A DNA stretch of 64,000 nt, taken from Gemmatimonadota bacterium (lineage in GTDB: Bacteria; Gemmatimonadota; Gemmatimonadetes; Palauibacterales; KS3-K002). The notes beneath the pieces are model-generated. The model did no database searches, had not been told where the DNA came from, and was given only the letters and a program-made list of their open reading frames with translations. Positions 30,158 through 40,472 of the stretch are shown here, one piece after another (position 1 is the stretch's first letter; each line of letters opens with the position of its first letter). The stretch lies in contig JBDHJS010000007.1 in NCBI GenBank assembly GCA_039586795.1, positions 40,903 to 104,902 of the forward strand, given 5' to 3'. Both the position numbers and the translations under genes were made by a program.

Positions 30158-30910
30158 ATGCGTACCCTTGCGATAATCACCGGTTTCTTCCTGCTCGCCA
30201 CGAACGTCGCGAGCGGGCAGGAAACGGCGGAGGAGATCATCGACCGAGTTGACCGCATCATGCGCGGCGAGTCGAGTCGCGGCATCGCCACGATGGAGGT
30301 GGTGACCGAGAATTGGGAGCGGAACATGACGATGGAGGTCTGGTCGCTGGGCACCGATTACTCCCTGATCCTCATCACCGCGCCCAAGAAGGAAGAAGGA
30401 ACGGCCACGCTCAAGGCGAACGAGGAGATATGGAACTATCTCCCTCGCGTCGACCGGACGATCAAGATCCCGGCCTCCATGATGATGGGCGCCTGGATGG
30501 GATCCCACTTCACCAACGATGACCTGGTGAAAGAGAGCCGACTGATCGAGGACTACGACATCGAGATCGGCTTCGACGGCGATCGCGAAGGCGTCACCGT
30601 GTGGGAGTTCCATTTGACGCCGCGGCCCGACGCACCGGTGGTCTGGGGCCGCATCGAATACGAGGTGCGGCAGGACGACCTGATGCCCACGTGGGCCCGC
30701 TATTACGACGAAGATGGAGAGCTGATCCGCACGATGATGTGGAGCGACTATCGAGAGCTTGGGGGGCGACTTGTGCCAGCGGTGATGGATGTACGTCCCG
30801 AGGACAAACCAGGCGAACGGACGACCGTGCGCTATGAAGAGTTGGAGTTCGACATCGATATCGATGAGAGCTTCTTCTCGCTACGCGCCTTGAGAGCCGG
30901 GGGGAGGTAA
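30158..30910 (+). CDS. LolA-like outer-membrane lipoprotein-sorting protein
   Basis: Signal peptide, GTATLK, IWNYLP and WMGSHFTNDDL motifs. Confidence 0.85.
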   Translation: MRTLAIITGFFLLATNVASGQETAEEIIDRVDRIMRGESSRGIATMEVVTENWERNMTMEVWSLGTDYSLILITAPKKEEGTATLKANEEIWNYLPRVDRTIKIPASMMMGAWMGSHFTNDDLVKESRLIEDYDIEIGFDGDREGVTVWEFHLTPRPDAPVVWGRIEYEVRQDDLMPTWARYYDEDGELIRTMMWSDYRELGGRLVPAVMDVRPEDKPGERTTVRYEELEFDIDIDESFFSLRALRAGGR

Positions 30911-30912
30911 CG

Positions 30913-32172
30913 ATGCTCGCAGGTCCATGGTGGCGGATCGGCTGGCGTAACCTCGGCCGAAATCGAAGGCGGACGTTAATCACAATGGCAGGGCTTGCCT
31001 TCGGGTATCTCGCCGTCGTTCTCCTGGTCGGCTGGATGGAGGGGCTCACCGCCGAAATGATCGAGAGCGCGACCAACACGATCACCGGCCAGGTGCAGGT
31101 CCATGACGTCGACTATCGCCCGGAGCGGAAGATCTTCGATACGATCGGCGGCCGCGACGGCGCCGACGTATACGCTTTGGTCCAGGAAGTTCAATCCGAT
31201 CCGGCCATCGAGGCGGCGGCCCCCCGCGTATTGGCAGGTGGCCTGGTAAGCTCCGGAGAGGCAACCACCGCCGGTCTCTTGATGGGCATCGACACCGAGC
31301 TCGAACCACGAGTCAGCGTGATCTTGAGCACCATCATCGATGGTGGAATACCCGCCGCCGGCACGAACGAGATCATCATTGGGGCCGAAATGGCCAGGCA
31401 GCTGGCGGTGGATCTCGGCGATGAGGTCGTCCTCATCGTACCCGCGGCGGACGGTTCGATGGGCTACGATCTCTACATCGTGGCCGCGATCTTCCGCAGC
31501 GGACTTGCCGAACTCGACGCGTCATACGCGATGATGCCGCTCGGTTCGCTCCAGCTTCTGATGGCGCTGGAGCCCAACCGGGTGCACGAGATCGCGGCAT
31601 CAACGGCCGATCCCTGGCTAGCGCCGGAGGCTGCGGGCCGAATCGCGGCGCAGTTGGAGCCGCTGGGCCTTGCTATCGAGGTTGAGCCGTGGAGCCGCCT
31701 GCGTCCTGAGATGATGGATTATGCGCAACTCGTGCAGGCCTGGAACGGAGTCATCATCTTCATCGTGTTCGCCATCGCGATCTTCGGCGTCGCCAACACG
31801 ATGCTGATGGCCACGTACGAGCGGCGACGCGAGTTCGCCGTCATGCTCGCCCTTGGCACCTCGCCGTTTGCCGTCGTGCGCTCCGTCCTCGCTGAGGCGT
31901 TGGGCCTGGGAGCGATCAGCCTTGTGTTCGGTGCCATCATCACATTCCCCATTGTCTTCTGGTTCCACAACGCCCCGCCGGACATGAGTTTTCTTTACGG
32001 CGACTACACGATGTTCGGAGCGCTAATGCGGCCAAGGCTGCGCGTCGAGCTCAACCCCGAGATGTGGGTGTGGACCGGTGTCGCGTTGGTGTTCACCGCT
32101 TTAGTGGCATCGCTATATCCGGCGGCTCGCGCGGCGCGAGTGCCGCCAGCCGATACACTGTCAGGTCTATAA
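30913..32172 (+). CDS. ABC permease (LolE/MacB type)
   Basis: WRNLGRNRRRT, ERRREFAVMLALG and SLYPA motifs. Confidence 0.88.
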   Translation: MLAGPWWRIGWRNLGRNRRRTLITMAGLAFGYLAVVLLVGWMEGLTAEMIESATNTITGQVQVHDVDYRPERKIFDTIGGRDGADVYALVQEVQSDPAIEAAAPRVLAGGLVSSGEATTAGLLMGIDTELEPRVSVILSTIIDGGIPAAGTNEIIIGAEMARQLAVDLGDEVVLIVPAADGSMGYDLYIVAAIFRSGLAELDASYAMMPLGSLQLLMALEPNRVHEIAASTADPWLAPEAAGRIAAQLEPLGLAIEVEPWSRLRPEMMDYAQLVQAWNGVIIFIVFAIAIFGVANTMLMATYERRREFAVMLALGTSPFAVVRSVLAEALGLGAISLVFGAIITFPIVFWFHNAPPDMSFLYGDYTMFGALMRPRLRVELNPEMWVWTGVALVFTALVASLYPAARAARVPPADTLSGL

Positions 32173-32173
32173 G

Positions 32174-33451
32174 ATGATATCTCGAACCACTACCCTCTTC
32201 CGCCTCGCTATGCGAAACCTGCGACGCTATGCGCGCCGCAGCGCGCTCACGGCAGCTGCGATGATCGTGGGCGGCGGTTTGATGATCTTTTCGCTGTCGC
32301 TGGGTGACGGAGGACACGAAGACTGGATCGAGTCCGGTGCGCGCCTTGGGAGCGGGCATCTGTCGATTCAGGCGCCCGGTTTCCGAACTACCCGCAAGAT
32401 CGAGGACCGACTCAGCGCTTCGGCACGCAACGCGGCCGAGGCGGCGCTCGAGCTTCCGGGGATCGGCGAGCACGTGGTCACCGTCGTGCCGCAGTTCGCT
32501 GTCGGTGGGCTGGCAAGCTCGCCGACGGGCGCCCGGCCGGTGCAGATCGTTGGCGTGGACCCGGCCGCCGAGGCAGAGTTTTCCATCATTGACGAGAAAG
32601 TGGTCGAGGGCAGGTACCTGCAACCTGACGATGCCGCGGCCGCCTATGTCGGCACCGTCCTGGTGGAGGCTCTCGATCTGCGTATCGGCTCGCGTCTGGT
32701 GCTAACGGCACAAGACGCCGAAGGGGAGATCTCCGGCGAGTTGGTTCGCGTGGTCGGCATCTTTCGCAGCGGTGTCCCGGAAATCGATCAATCGCTGATC
32801 CACATTCCGATCACCACAGCGGGGTCGTGGCTTGGGTCGGGAGAAGATGTGACGACGATCGCGGTGTTGTTGGATCGGAGTCGGGCGGTAGATCCGACGG
32901 TCAGAGGGCTCCAACGCGAACTGTTCGATGAGATCGAGACCGGTCAATTGGAGGTAGTCAGTTGGCGTGAATCTTCGCCCGAGCTCGAAGCCGCCGTTCG
33001 CATCGATGACATGGGCAACTACATCTGGCAGGGCATCATGTTTGGCATCATCGCACTGGGAATCGTGAATACGGTGCTGATGTCCGTGATGTACAGAAAG
33101 CGCGAGTTCGGTCTGCTTCAGGCGCTAGGATTCACGCCGCGCCAGACGGGAGGCCTGGTCGTCACGGAAGGGGTAGTGCTCACCGCGATCAGCGGCCTGT
33201 TCGGAATTGCGCTGGGCCTGTTCCTGACATGGTTCTTTTTCCGCGACGGACTCGATTTTTCCTTCACCTGGGATGAGAGCTTCACCTTCTCGGGCGTTGC
33301 GATGGACCCTGTTATCGTACCGATGTTCACTGTCAGGCGAGTCATTCAGTCCCTGATATTCATCCTGATCATCGGCACCATAGCATCACTCTACCCCGCT
33401 TACCGAGCGACACGTATTGACGTCGCTGAAGCGATGAAATTCGAGCGATGA
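32174..33451 (+). CDS. ABC permease (LolE/MacB type)
   Basis: MRNLRRYARRS, RKREFGLLQALG and SLYPA motifs. Confidence 0.88.
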   Translation: MISRTTTLFRLAMRNLRRYARRSALTAAAMIVGGGLMIFSLSLGDGGHEDWIESGARLGSGHLSIQAPGFRTTRKIEDRLSASARNAAEAALELPGIGEHVVTVVPQFAVGGLASSPTGARPVQIVGVDPAAEAEFSIIDEKVVEGRYLQPDDAAAAYVGTVLVEALDLRIGSRLVLTAQDAEGEISGELVRVVGIFRSGVPEIDQSLIHIPITTAGSWLGSGEDVTTIAVLLDRSRAVDPTVRGLQRELFDEIETGQLEVVSWRESSPELEAAVRIDDMGNYIWQGIMFGIIALGIVNTVLMSVMYRKREFGLLQALGFTPRQTGGLVVTEGVVLTAISGLFGIALGLFLTWFFFRDGLDFSFTWDESFTFSGVAMDPVIVPMFTVRRVIQSLIFILIIGTIASLYPAYRATRIDVAEAMKFER

Positions 33452-34161
33452 ACGAGATAGACATGAATCCGACCAAGACAGCAGCGGTCCGAACCGAAGA
33501 AGTATGGAAGATCTTCGAGCAGGAAGCGGAAGAGGTTCAGGCCGTCCGCGGCGTCACCATGACCATCGAACCGGGCGAGTTCACGGCGATGGCTGGCCCG
33601 TCGGGCTCGGGCAAGACGACACTGCTGAATCTTATCGGTGGCCTGACGCGCCCGACGCGCGGCAACGTATGGGTTGCCGATCAGGACCTGACTGCGATGT
33701 CTAATCGTCAGTTGGCCCGTGTTAGGCTCGAGCAGATCGGCTTTGTCTTCCAGGCCTACAACCTGCTACCGGTGCTCACCGCGGCGGAGAACGCCGAGTT
33801 CCCTCTGTTGCTGCAAGGAATAGATGGAGGCGACCGGGAGCGACGCGTCCAAACGTTGTTCGAGCGAACCGGACTGGAAGGTCTGGAGGATCGTCGACCC
33901 GGTAAGTTGTCCGGTGGTCAGCAGCAACGTGTTGCGGTAATACGTGCCGTCGTTGGCGAGCCGGCGTTGGTGCTAGCCGATGAACCGACGGCCAATCTCG
34001 ACTCGGCAGCGAGTGACAAGTTGCTAGAAATGATGCAGGAGCTGAACCGCGAGCTGGGCACGACTTTTGTGTTCGCCACGCACGACCCGCGGGTGATGGA
34101 ACAAGCGCGACGGTTGATTCGGCTGGTCGATGGATCGATAGCTTCCGACGAACACCGCTAG
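33448..34161 (+). CDS. ABC ATP-binding protein (LolD type)
   Basis: GPSGSGKT, LSGGQQQR and ADEPTANLD motifs. Confidence 0.92.
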   Translation: MNEIDMNPTKTAAVRTEEVWKIFEQEAEEVQAVRGVTMTIEPGEFTAMAGPSGSGKTTLLNLIGGLTRPTRGNVWVADQDLTAMSNRQLARVRLEQIGFVFQAYNLLPVLTAAENAEFPLLLQGIDGGDRERRVQTLFERTGLEGLEDRRPGKLSGGQQQRVAVIRAVVGEPALVLADEPTANLDSAASDKLLEMMQELNRELGTTFVFATHDPRVMEQARRLIRLVDGSIASDEHR

Positions 34162-34175
34162 CGCGAGCAAGAACA

Positions 34176-35360
34176 GTGAGGCGTGCGACTTACCTCGCGC
34201 TTTTGGCCACCTTGATCGCGGCTACAATCGCGAACGCACAGTTGCCCCGCGTTCGCGGCTACTATCTGAACGTCCCCACTTGGAGCGACTCGAACCTCGT
34301 TGCCGTCGGCGGCTTCGGCGACATCAATCGCTTGCGCCTGATGACCGAGCCGAGCTTCAGTGATTTCCGCTTCCAAGTCGCCTACGAGCAGCTACTCAGC
34401 TTGTCGCAGCGCGCCGGTGCCGACCCGTCCGGGATTTTTCTTGGCCTCGCTCCTGGCGGAGGAGAATGGCTCGACCTGCAGTGGGTGATCGCGGACGACG
34501 ATCACGTCAGCTGGGTCCATCGGTTCGATCGACTGAACGTTGACTGGGCTCCCAGCGACGCCATCGACATGGTGCTCGGACGGCAGACGATCTCCTGGGC
34601 GACTACGCTTTTTCTCACGCCGGCCGACCCTTTCATCCCGTTCGACCCTTCCGATCCCTTCCGCGTATATCGCGCGGGAGTTGATGCGTTCAGGTTTCAG
34701 TTCTTTCCCGGACCGCTCAGCGATCTCGATTTCGTCGTTAGACCGGCCGAGTTCTCGACCGGCACCAAGATGTCCATCCTGGGGCGTGGCAGAACCGTAT
34801 GGAAGAGTTGGGAGATCTCATCCTGGCTCGGTATGCTCTACGAGGAACCGGCTGTGGCGGTAGGTGCGGCAGGTGGCATTGGAGCAATCGCTGTCCGGGC
34901 GGAAGCCGTGGTTCAGGGCAGCGACGGCGAGGCGGTGCTTCGCGGCACCGTAGGGATCGACGGGCGTATCGACGCCTGGAGTCGCGATCTGTTCTATGTC
35001 CTGGAGTATCAGCGGGACGGCTTCGCCGCTGCCAGCTCGTCAGAGCTACTCCAGGTGGTGCAATCCGTCGCGTTCGCTCAGGGCCAGCTCCAGGTGCTGG
35101 GGCGCGATGAGGTCGTAGCCCAGGGCTCTTACCAGATACACCCTCTCTGGAGCCTCAACCTACTGCTAATGACGAACCTCAACGATCCCAGTTCCCTGCT
35201 CTCCCCTTCCGCTGCCTACTCGATCAGCAACGAGGTCACCGCAAGCGGCGGTGTCTTCTTCGGTCTGGGAGACGACACACCGAGTCCGCAGTCACCAATT
35301 CCGTCTGAATACGGACTCGTCCCTGACTATCTCTATCTGTCGGTAGAGATCTTCTTCTAG
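34176..35360 (+). CDS. Hypothetical exported protein, probable outer-membrane beta-barrel
   Basis: Signal peptide, GRQTISW and GVDA motifs, C-terminal YLSVEIFF beta-signal. Confidence 0.7.
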   Translation: MRRATYLALLATLIAATIANAQLPRVRGYYLNVPTWSDSNLVAVGGFGDINRLRLMTEPSFSDFRFQVAYEQLLSLSQRAGADPSGIFLGLAPGGGEWLDLQWVIADDDHVSWVHRFDRLNVDWAPSDAIDMVLGRQTISWATTLFLTPADPFIPFDPSDPFRVYRAGVDAFRFQFFPGPLSDLDFVVRPAEFSTGTKMSILGRGRTVWKSWEISSWLGMLYEEPAVAVGAAGGIGAIAVRAEAVVQGSDGEAVLRGTVGIDGRIDAWSRDLFYVLEYQRDGFAAASSSELLQVVQSVAFAQGQLQVLGRDEVVAQGSYQIHPLWSLNLLLMTNLNDPSSLLSPSAAYSISNEVTASGGVFFGLGDDTPSPQSPIPSEYGLVPDYLYLSVEIFF

Positions 35361-35377
35361 AGGAAAGCGCTAGGATA

Positions 35378-36088
35378 TCAAACGCGAAATGCTTCGCCGT
35401 TGCGCGCCGGTTCGGCGCCTGCGCTTTGCAGTGCTTTCTTGAAGAGCCAGGCGGAGATCGCCAACGCTAATCCGATCCACAGAATACCCCAAAAGAGCGT
35501 CGGTATACCTGTCATCTCCGCTAGCATACGAGCGTCAGAGAGCACATCCGGTCGGTCGAGGATGTCGCTCTTGATGTCGAGGATGGCGTACAGGCAGCTC
35601 GTCAGGCCCAGCGCCGTGAGCAGCATCGAGTTGGCTTCGGGCTCCATCTCCTTTCCGGCCAGGATCAGCGCACCGCCAAACGCGACGCCGAACAGCAAAC
35701 CAAACCAGCTCCGCACGTACAGGACTGTTACAATAACAACCATCAAGCCGATAACTGCCGACGCGATCTGCGGAACGCGCCCCTTACCCCGCGCCGCCCA
35801 GAGTATCGCGGCACCGAATAGCAGGCTGCCCAGGTAGCCAGCCGACAGAGTGAGGAACGCGTTGCCTCCCGGGCATTGGCACACACCACCCTGGTCCGCG
35901 CTGATCAGGATCCGCTCGATGCTGCCGCCGGTAGCCACGGCTACAAAGCCATGGCTTATCTCGTGAAGGAGTACAACGAAGATCTTCAGAGGATAGACAA
36001 AAGGCGTATTCCAGAGGAACCAGAGTATGCCGAAATAGACGGCGAACCCCGCCAGGAATCGAAGGCGTCGCTTGGTGATCTCTTCCAT
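35378..36088 (-). CDS. M50B-like membrane metallopeptidase
   Basis: LHEISHG, AGYLG and SDA motifs, multiple TMs. Confidence 0.85.
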   Translation of the reverse strand: MEEITKRRLRFLAGFAVYFGILWFLWNTPFVYPLKIFVVLLHEISHGFVAVATGGSIERILISADQGGVCQCPGGNAFLTLSAGYLGSLLFGAAILWAARGKGRVPQIASAVIGLMVVIVTVLYVRSWFGLLFGVAFGGALILAGKEMEPEANSMLLTALGLTSCLYAILDIKSDILDRPDVLSDARMLAEMTGIPTLFWGILWIGLALAISAWLFKKALQSAGAEPARNGEAFRV

Positions 36089-36211
36089 GGCCCGTCTGTT
36101 GTGACGTGCGGGGTCCGCCGTCCGCACCTGCCCACTGTTAATCGACCGCGACCCAACGTCCCGATCGCTGTCAACGGTCATTACGAATGTAGCATCGAAT
36201 ATGTTTCGCGA

Positions 36212-37057
36212 TTAGAACCCATCTTCGGCTTCTACACTCTCTGCGACGACGCCAAGCCGACGGCATAACCCAACAGCCCACAGCGCTGACGCCATGAGAA
36301 GTATCGCGCCGAAGATCATCACACCAATTCCTTCATCCGAAGCAGGAGGCTCGGAGATATCCGTGGCGAATAGACCGACAAGCCCGACCACGTTGTTCAC
36401 CGCGTGGACGACAATCGCCGGTCGGATGCTCCCGGTGCGCCATGTGACCCAGCCAACCGGCAAGCTCCAGAAGAAAAAGAACAACGCGCCGTGACTTCCG
36501 TGCAACAGGGCGAAGGCCATCCCGGTCAACGCGATAGCATACCAGTGTCGAAGCCGCGTCTCCAACGCGCCCTGGAGCAGCCCGCGAAACAGTACTTCCT
36601 CGGCCACGGGCGCGATCAGCGCCACGCTGACCGCCAAGATGATTCGCTCGGCGAGACTCCCCGCGGATACCACAAACTCGACGTCCTGCATCGGAGGACC
36701 GAGCAGCACCGTCGCGCCCATGTTGCCGAGCAGCAGTGCCGCACCAAGCCCTAGTGATGGCAGGAATGCGCTCCGCGGAAGTCGTCTCAGCCGCAGAACG
36801 CGCCAGTTCGCGCGTCCAACGGCTGCGAGCCAGCCAAGCGAGCCGACGAGCAGGCCGAGCTCGAACGCCAGCGCCGCAAACGCCAGAGAGTCGTTGAAGT
36901 AGAAGACAACGCCGCCGAGGCCGAGCGCCAACAGCAGTCCGACCACCAGTGCCATGATGACGGTGCCCAGACCGGGGCCACGCGGCTCCAGCAGCGGAGC
37001 TCCGGATTCCCCTTCTGGTCGGGGAGGATCCCTGTTTTCGTGGTATCTCTCAGACAT
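36212..37057 (-). CDS. CPBP (CAAX) family intramembrane metalloprotease
   Basis: EEVLFRG, FALLH and HAVNN motifs. Confidence 0.88.
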   Translation of the reverse strand: MSERYHENRDPPRPEGESGAPLLEPRGPGLGTVIMALVVGLLLALGLGGVVFYFNDSLAFAALAFELGLLVGSLGWLAAVGRANWRVLRLRRLPRSAFLPSLGLGAALLLGNMGATVLLGPPMQDVEFVVSAGSLAERIILAVSVALIAPVAEEVLFRGLLQGALETRLRHWYAIALTGMAFALLHGSHGALFFFFWSLPVGWVTWRTGSIRPAIVVHAVNNVVGLVGLFATDISEPPASDEGIGVMIFGAILLMASALWAVGLCRRLGVVAESVEAEDGF

Positions 37058-37157
37058 CGCTTAACATTCTCACGTGCGAGCGCATCTAGTACTTCAGAAG
37101 GTGCTACCGCTGCGACTCGTTGCAAGTCCCGAGCCCGCCGGAAAGAGGAGACACCGG

Positions 37158-38723
37158 ATGACGCGTAGGATCCTCACCGCAGTCGTTGCCCTCTCATTGG
37201 GGCTGCCGATGGCCGACAGCCAGACGGTGAACCCACAAGGCGACGACCGGCTCAACGGCCTCACCGAAGAGGAGAGGGCCGTGCACGTGCTCAACCGGTT
37301 GGGCTACGGCCCGCGGCCGGGCGATGTGGCGCGTGTGCTGCGGATGGGGGTGGGTGCGTACATCGAGGCTCAGCTTCAGCCCTGGGCGATTGATGACGAT
37401 CCGGCGCTCGAGCGTCAGCTGGCCAGCTACGATGTCCTCGCGCTCTCTACGGCCGAGCTGATGCGGGAGTACCCGCTGCCGAACTTCGTTCAGCGCGAGA
37501 TGCGAGCGAGCGGTACGCTGGACACAGCGGCGATACGGATGGCGGCACGAAGATCGTTCGAGCCCGCCGGCGAGTTGAGTCAGGCGCGCATCGCACGAGC
37601 GATTCAGAGCGAGCGCCAGCTGCAGGAAGTGATGGTCGATTTCTGGCTCAATCACTTCAACGTGTACGCACGCAAGGGGCCGGTCAGGCTATTTCTCATA
37701 GAGTACGAGCGCGACGCCGTCCGACCGCACGCGCTGGGTGACTTCAGGGAGTTGTTGGGCGCCGTCGCGCACAGTCCGGCGATGCTCTTCTACCTGGACA
37801 ACTGGATGAGCGCCGCGCCGGAGGGAGCGCCAAGAGCGGCGAGTTCGCAACGCGATAGTGGGCGTAGAGCTTTAGCTGGACGACGCGCGACCGGCCTCAA
37901 CGAGAACTACGCTCGTGAACTGCTCGAGCTACACACCCTGGGTGTGGACGGGGGTTACACACAGGACGACGTAGTCGCGGTGGCTCGAGCGTTCACGGGT
38001 TGGACGATAAATCTACGATCGGGACGTTTCGCATTTAGACCTGAACTACATGATGCAAATCCGAAGGTAGTGCTGGGTTGGGAGATTAACTCTGAGGGGA
38101 TTTCAGAAGGGGAGCAAGTGCTCGATCTTCTGGCCCAGCACCCTTCTACCGCGCAGCTCATTTCCGAGAAGCTGGTACGCCGCTTCGTCAGCGACCAGCC
38201 ACCTGCGGCGCTCGTCGATCGCGCCGCAGCGGTGTTCCTCGAAACCCAGGGTGACATACAACAGGTCGTGAGGACGATCGTAACGTCACCTGAGTTCTTC
38301 AGCCGTGAAGCCTACCGCGCTAAGGTGAAGACACCCTTCGAATGGCTTACGAGTAGCATTCGCGGACTCGATCTGGATATTCGCGAGACACGTCTTCTTG
38401 TCGGCGCCCTGATTCGACTCGACCAACCGCTCTACGGAGCGCTCGAGCCCACCGGTTACCCCGACGTCGCCGAGTCATGGGTCAGTTCTGGCGCGTTGTT
38501 GACGCGCGCCCAGCTCGGGCAACGGCTTGCACGTCCAGCTGTGCGTTCGGCTGACCGCTCACTCAGTTCGAAGAAGGTCGTCGATCAACTGCTGCCAGCG
38601 ATCGAAACCGACCGCCTACTCTCGGTCATCGAATCGAGCTACGCTGCGGCCGCTCGGCCACGCGACAAGACTGAGACAGCTGTGAGCCTGACACTCGCCT
38701 CGCCCGAGTTCCAGAGGAAATAG
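37158..38723 (+). CDS. DUF1800 family protein
   Basis: HVLNRLGYGP, FWLNHFNV, MLFYLDN, NENYARELLELHTLG and SPEFQ motifs. Confidence 0.92.
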   Translation: MTRRILTAVVALSLGLPMADSQTVNPQGDDRLNGLTEEERAVHVLNRLGYGPRPGDVARVLRMGVGAYIEAQLQPWAIDDDPALERQLASYDVLALSTAELMREYPLPNFVQREMRASGTLDTAAIRMAARRSFEPAGELSQARIARAIQSERQLQEVMVDFWLNHFNVYARKGPVRLFLIEYERDAVRPHALGDFRELLGAVAHSPAMLFYLDNWMSAAPEGAPRAASSQRDSGRRALAGRRATGLNENYARELLELHTLGVDGGYTQDDVVAVARAFTGWTINLRSGRFAFRPELHDANPKVVLGWEINSEGISEGEQVLDLLAQHPSTAQLISEKLVRRFVSDQPPAALVDRAAAVFLETQGDIQQVVRTIVTSPEFFSREAYRAKVKTPFEWLTSSIRGLDLDIRETRLLVGALIRLDQPLYGALEPTGYPDVAESWVSSGALLTRAQLGQRLARPAVRSADRSLSSKKVVDQLLPAIETDRLLSVIESSYAAAARPRDKTETAVSLTLASPEFQRK

Positions 38724-38725
38724 CA

Positions 38726-39964
38726 ATGATCGATCGGCGCGTCTTCCTGAAATCAGGGGCGCTCTCGCTCCTCAGCCTTGGCCTCACACCAGGGTTCGTG
38801 TGGCGAACCGCTCATGCCAGGGCAACGCGCCAAAACAAGACCCTGGTCTGCATCTTTCAACGCGGCGCCGTAGATGGCCTGAGCATGTTGGTACCGTTCG
38901 GCGAGCCGGCGTACTACGGAATGCGTCCGCGGATCGCGATCGCGCAGCCCGGCGCCCGCGACGGAGCGGCACTCGATCTGGATGGACGCTTCGCCTTTCA
39001 CCCGGCCCTAGCCCCGTTCAAGGGACTCTACGACCGGGGGTTGTTGGCCGCTGTACATGCGGTCGGGTCGCCCAGCGCGACGCGCTCCCACTTCGACGCG
39101 CAGTACTTCATGGAGACGGCGGTTCCCGACGTTAAGTCGACACGGGACGGCTGGCTCAACCGTGCGCTCGCCGTTTCCACCAAAACAGACCCGGAAGGTC
39201 ATCGATTCCTGCGGGCGGTGGCGATGGGCGACCGGCTGCCCGTCGCGCTGAAGGGCGATGAACCGGCGCTGGCGATCTCCGACCTCGAATCTTTCATGGC
39301 GGGGCCGCCCGCTGGACTCGATGCCTTCACGGCTCTTTACGACGAGGACAGTGGCGATAGCGTGCTAGGTGCGTCAGGTCGCGAGGCGACGGAGGCAATC
39401 AAGCTCCTGCGCGAGCACGACCCCCGCCGCTACGAACCAGAGAACGAGTACCCGCGTAGCCCGTTCGGTCGATCGCTGGCGGAGATCGCGCAACTGATCA
39501 AAGCTGATATCGGCCTGCAGATCGCGTTTGCCGATGTTGGCGGCTGGGACACCCACGTAAACCAGGGCGCCGCTCAGGGCCAACTCGCTCAACGCTTGCG
39601 CGACTTCAGCGACAGCATCGCTGCGTTCTGCGCCGACCTGGGCGATCGAATGGAAGACGTTCTGGTCCTGACCATGTCGGAGTTCGGACGCACCGCCCGC
39701 GAGAACGGCAACGCGGGCACCGACCATGGTCATGCCAACTGCCTTTTCCTGATCGGCGGTAGCGTGAAGGGCGGAACTATCTACGGCAACTGGCCGGGCC
39801 TGGAGCCCGAGCAACTTTACGAGGGACGAGACCTGGCCCTGACAACTGACTTTCGAGACATCTTCGCCGAAGCGTTGGCCAGCCAGCTCGGTATTGAAGC
39901 ATTAGACCGAGTGTTTCCTGGCTATCAGGTCGACCGCGCTAAGTTTCGTGGCCTGATAGGGTAA
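38726..39964 (+). CDS. DUF1501 family protein (Tat signal)
   Basis: DRRVFLK, RGAVDGL, RSHFDAQ, GWDTH, SEFGRT and GTDHG motifs. Confidence 0.92.
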   Translation: MIDRRVFLKSGALSLLSLGLTPGFVWRTAHARATRQNKTLVCIFQRGAVDGLSMLVPFGEPAYYGMRPRIAIAQPGARDGAALDLDGRFAFHPALAPFKGLYDRGLLAAVHAVGSPSATRSHFDAQYFMETAVPDVKSTRDGWLNRALAVSTKTDPEGHRFLRAVAMGDRLPVALKGDEPALAISDLESFMAGPPAGLDAFTALYDEDSGDSVLGASGREATEAIKLLREHDPRRYEPENEYPRSPFGRSLAEIAQLIKADIGLQIAFADVGGWDTHVNQGAAQGQLAQRLRDFSDSIAAFCADLGDRMEDVLVLTMSEFGRTARENGNAGTDHGHANCLFLIGGSVKGGTIYGNWPGLEPEQLYEGRDLALTTDFRDIFAEALASQLGIEALDRVFPGYQVDRAKFRGLIG

Positions 39965-40010
39965 ACCATTCCTTCCATACTCCATCAAGTGGCTGGCCAC
40001 GCTTCGGTGG

Positions 40011-40268
40011 GATTCGGTGATTAGGAGATTCTGTGGTTCGGGGCCTTGGGGATTGGGTAGCCGTGTGCCCTATCCCTTATTGGTTTTCGTGGTTTGCGCG
40101 CGGTGGCTATGCTGACTACGAAGATGGCAGTGAGTTCGTCTGTCTCACCGATCGCTTTTTTCAGCGGCTAACGCTACCAGCCGATTCCAGCGCCTGCGCC
40201 ATAATCTGCAACTTTCTTCTGAGAAATCATTGAATAACCCAATCTCCGAATCTCGTAACCACCGAATC
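40011..40268. repeat. 21-bp imperfect inverted repeat pair within CCGAATCT-type short repeats
   Basis: 40011-40031 GATTCGGTGATTAGGAGATTC versus 40248-40268 GAATCTCGTAACCACCGAATC, 19/21 reverse-complement match. Confidence 0.7.
40021..40164 (-). pseudogene. Remnant of a four-helix-bundle protein gene (C-terminal helix)
   Basis: Reads LKKAIGETDELTAIFVVSIATARK...* with in-frame stops just upstream and no start codon. Confidence 0.5.
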
Positions 40269-40365
40269 TCCGACCCCCCGAATCTACAACCCGCCCTCAA
40301 CAATCCCTCAAACGAAACCCACTCCAACGCCGGACCGTAGGGCTAAAGGACAGTCCGAATATCGA

Positions 40366-40396
40366 TTCCAACCTTACGGCACCGAGCCATGTCTAA
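40366..40396 (+). promoter_or_regulatory. Putative ECF sigma promoter
   Basis: TTCCAACCTT-N15-GTCTAA, the same core as upstream of the ECF sigma gene. Confidence 0.65.
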
Positions 40397-40472
40397 CGCA
40401 GTGGTAGTCCACCTACGCACGCCGCCCCTGCAGGCGCGGGGCCGGCATTCGTCCTTTTGCGGAGGCACAGTC

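Noticed and set aside
40033..40327. Short ORFs 40033-40233 (+) and 40145-40327 (-) as genes
   Set aside because: They have no SD or motifs and run through repeat-derived sequence.
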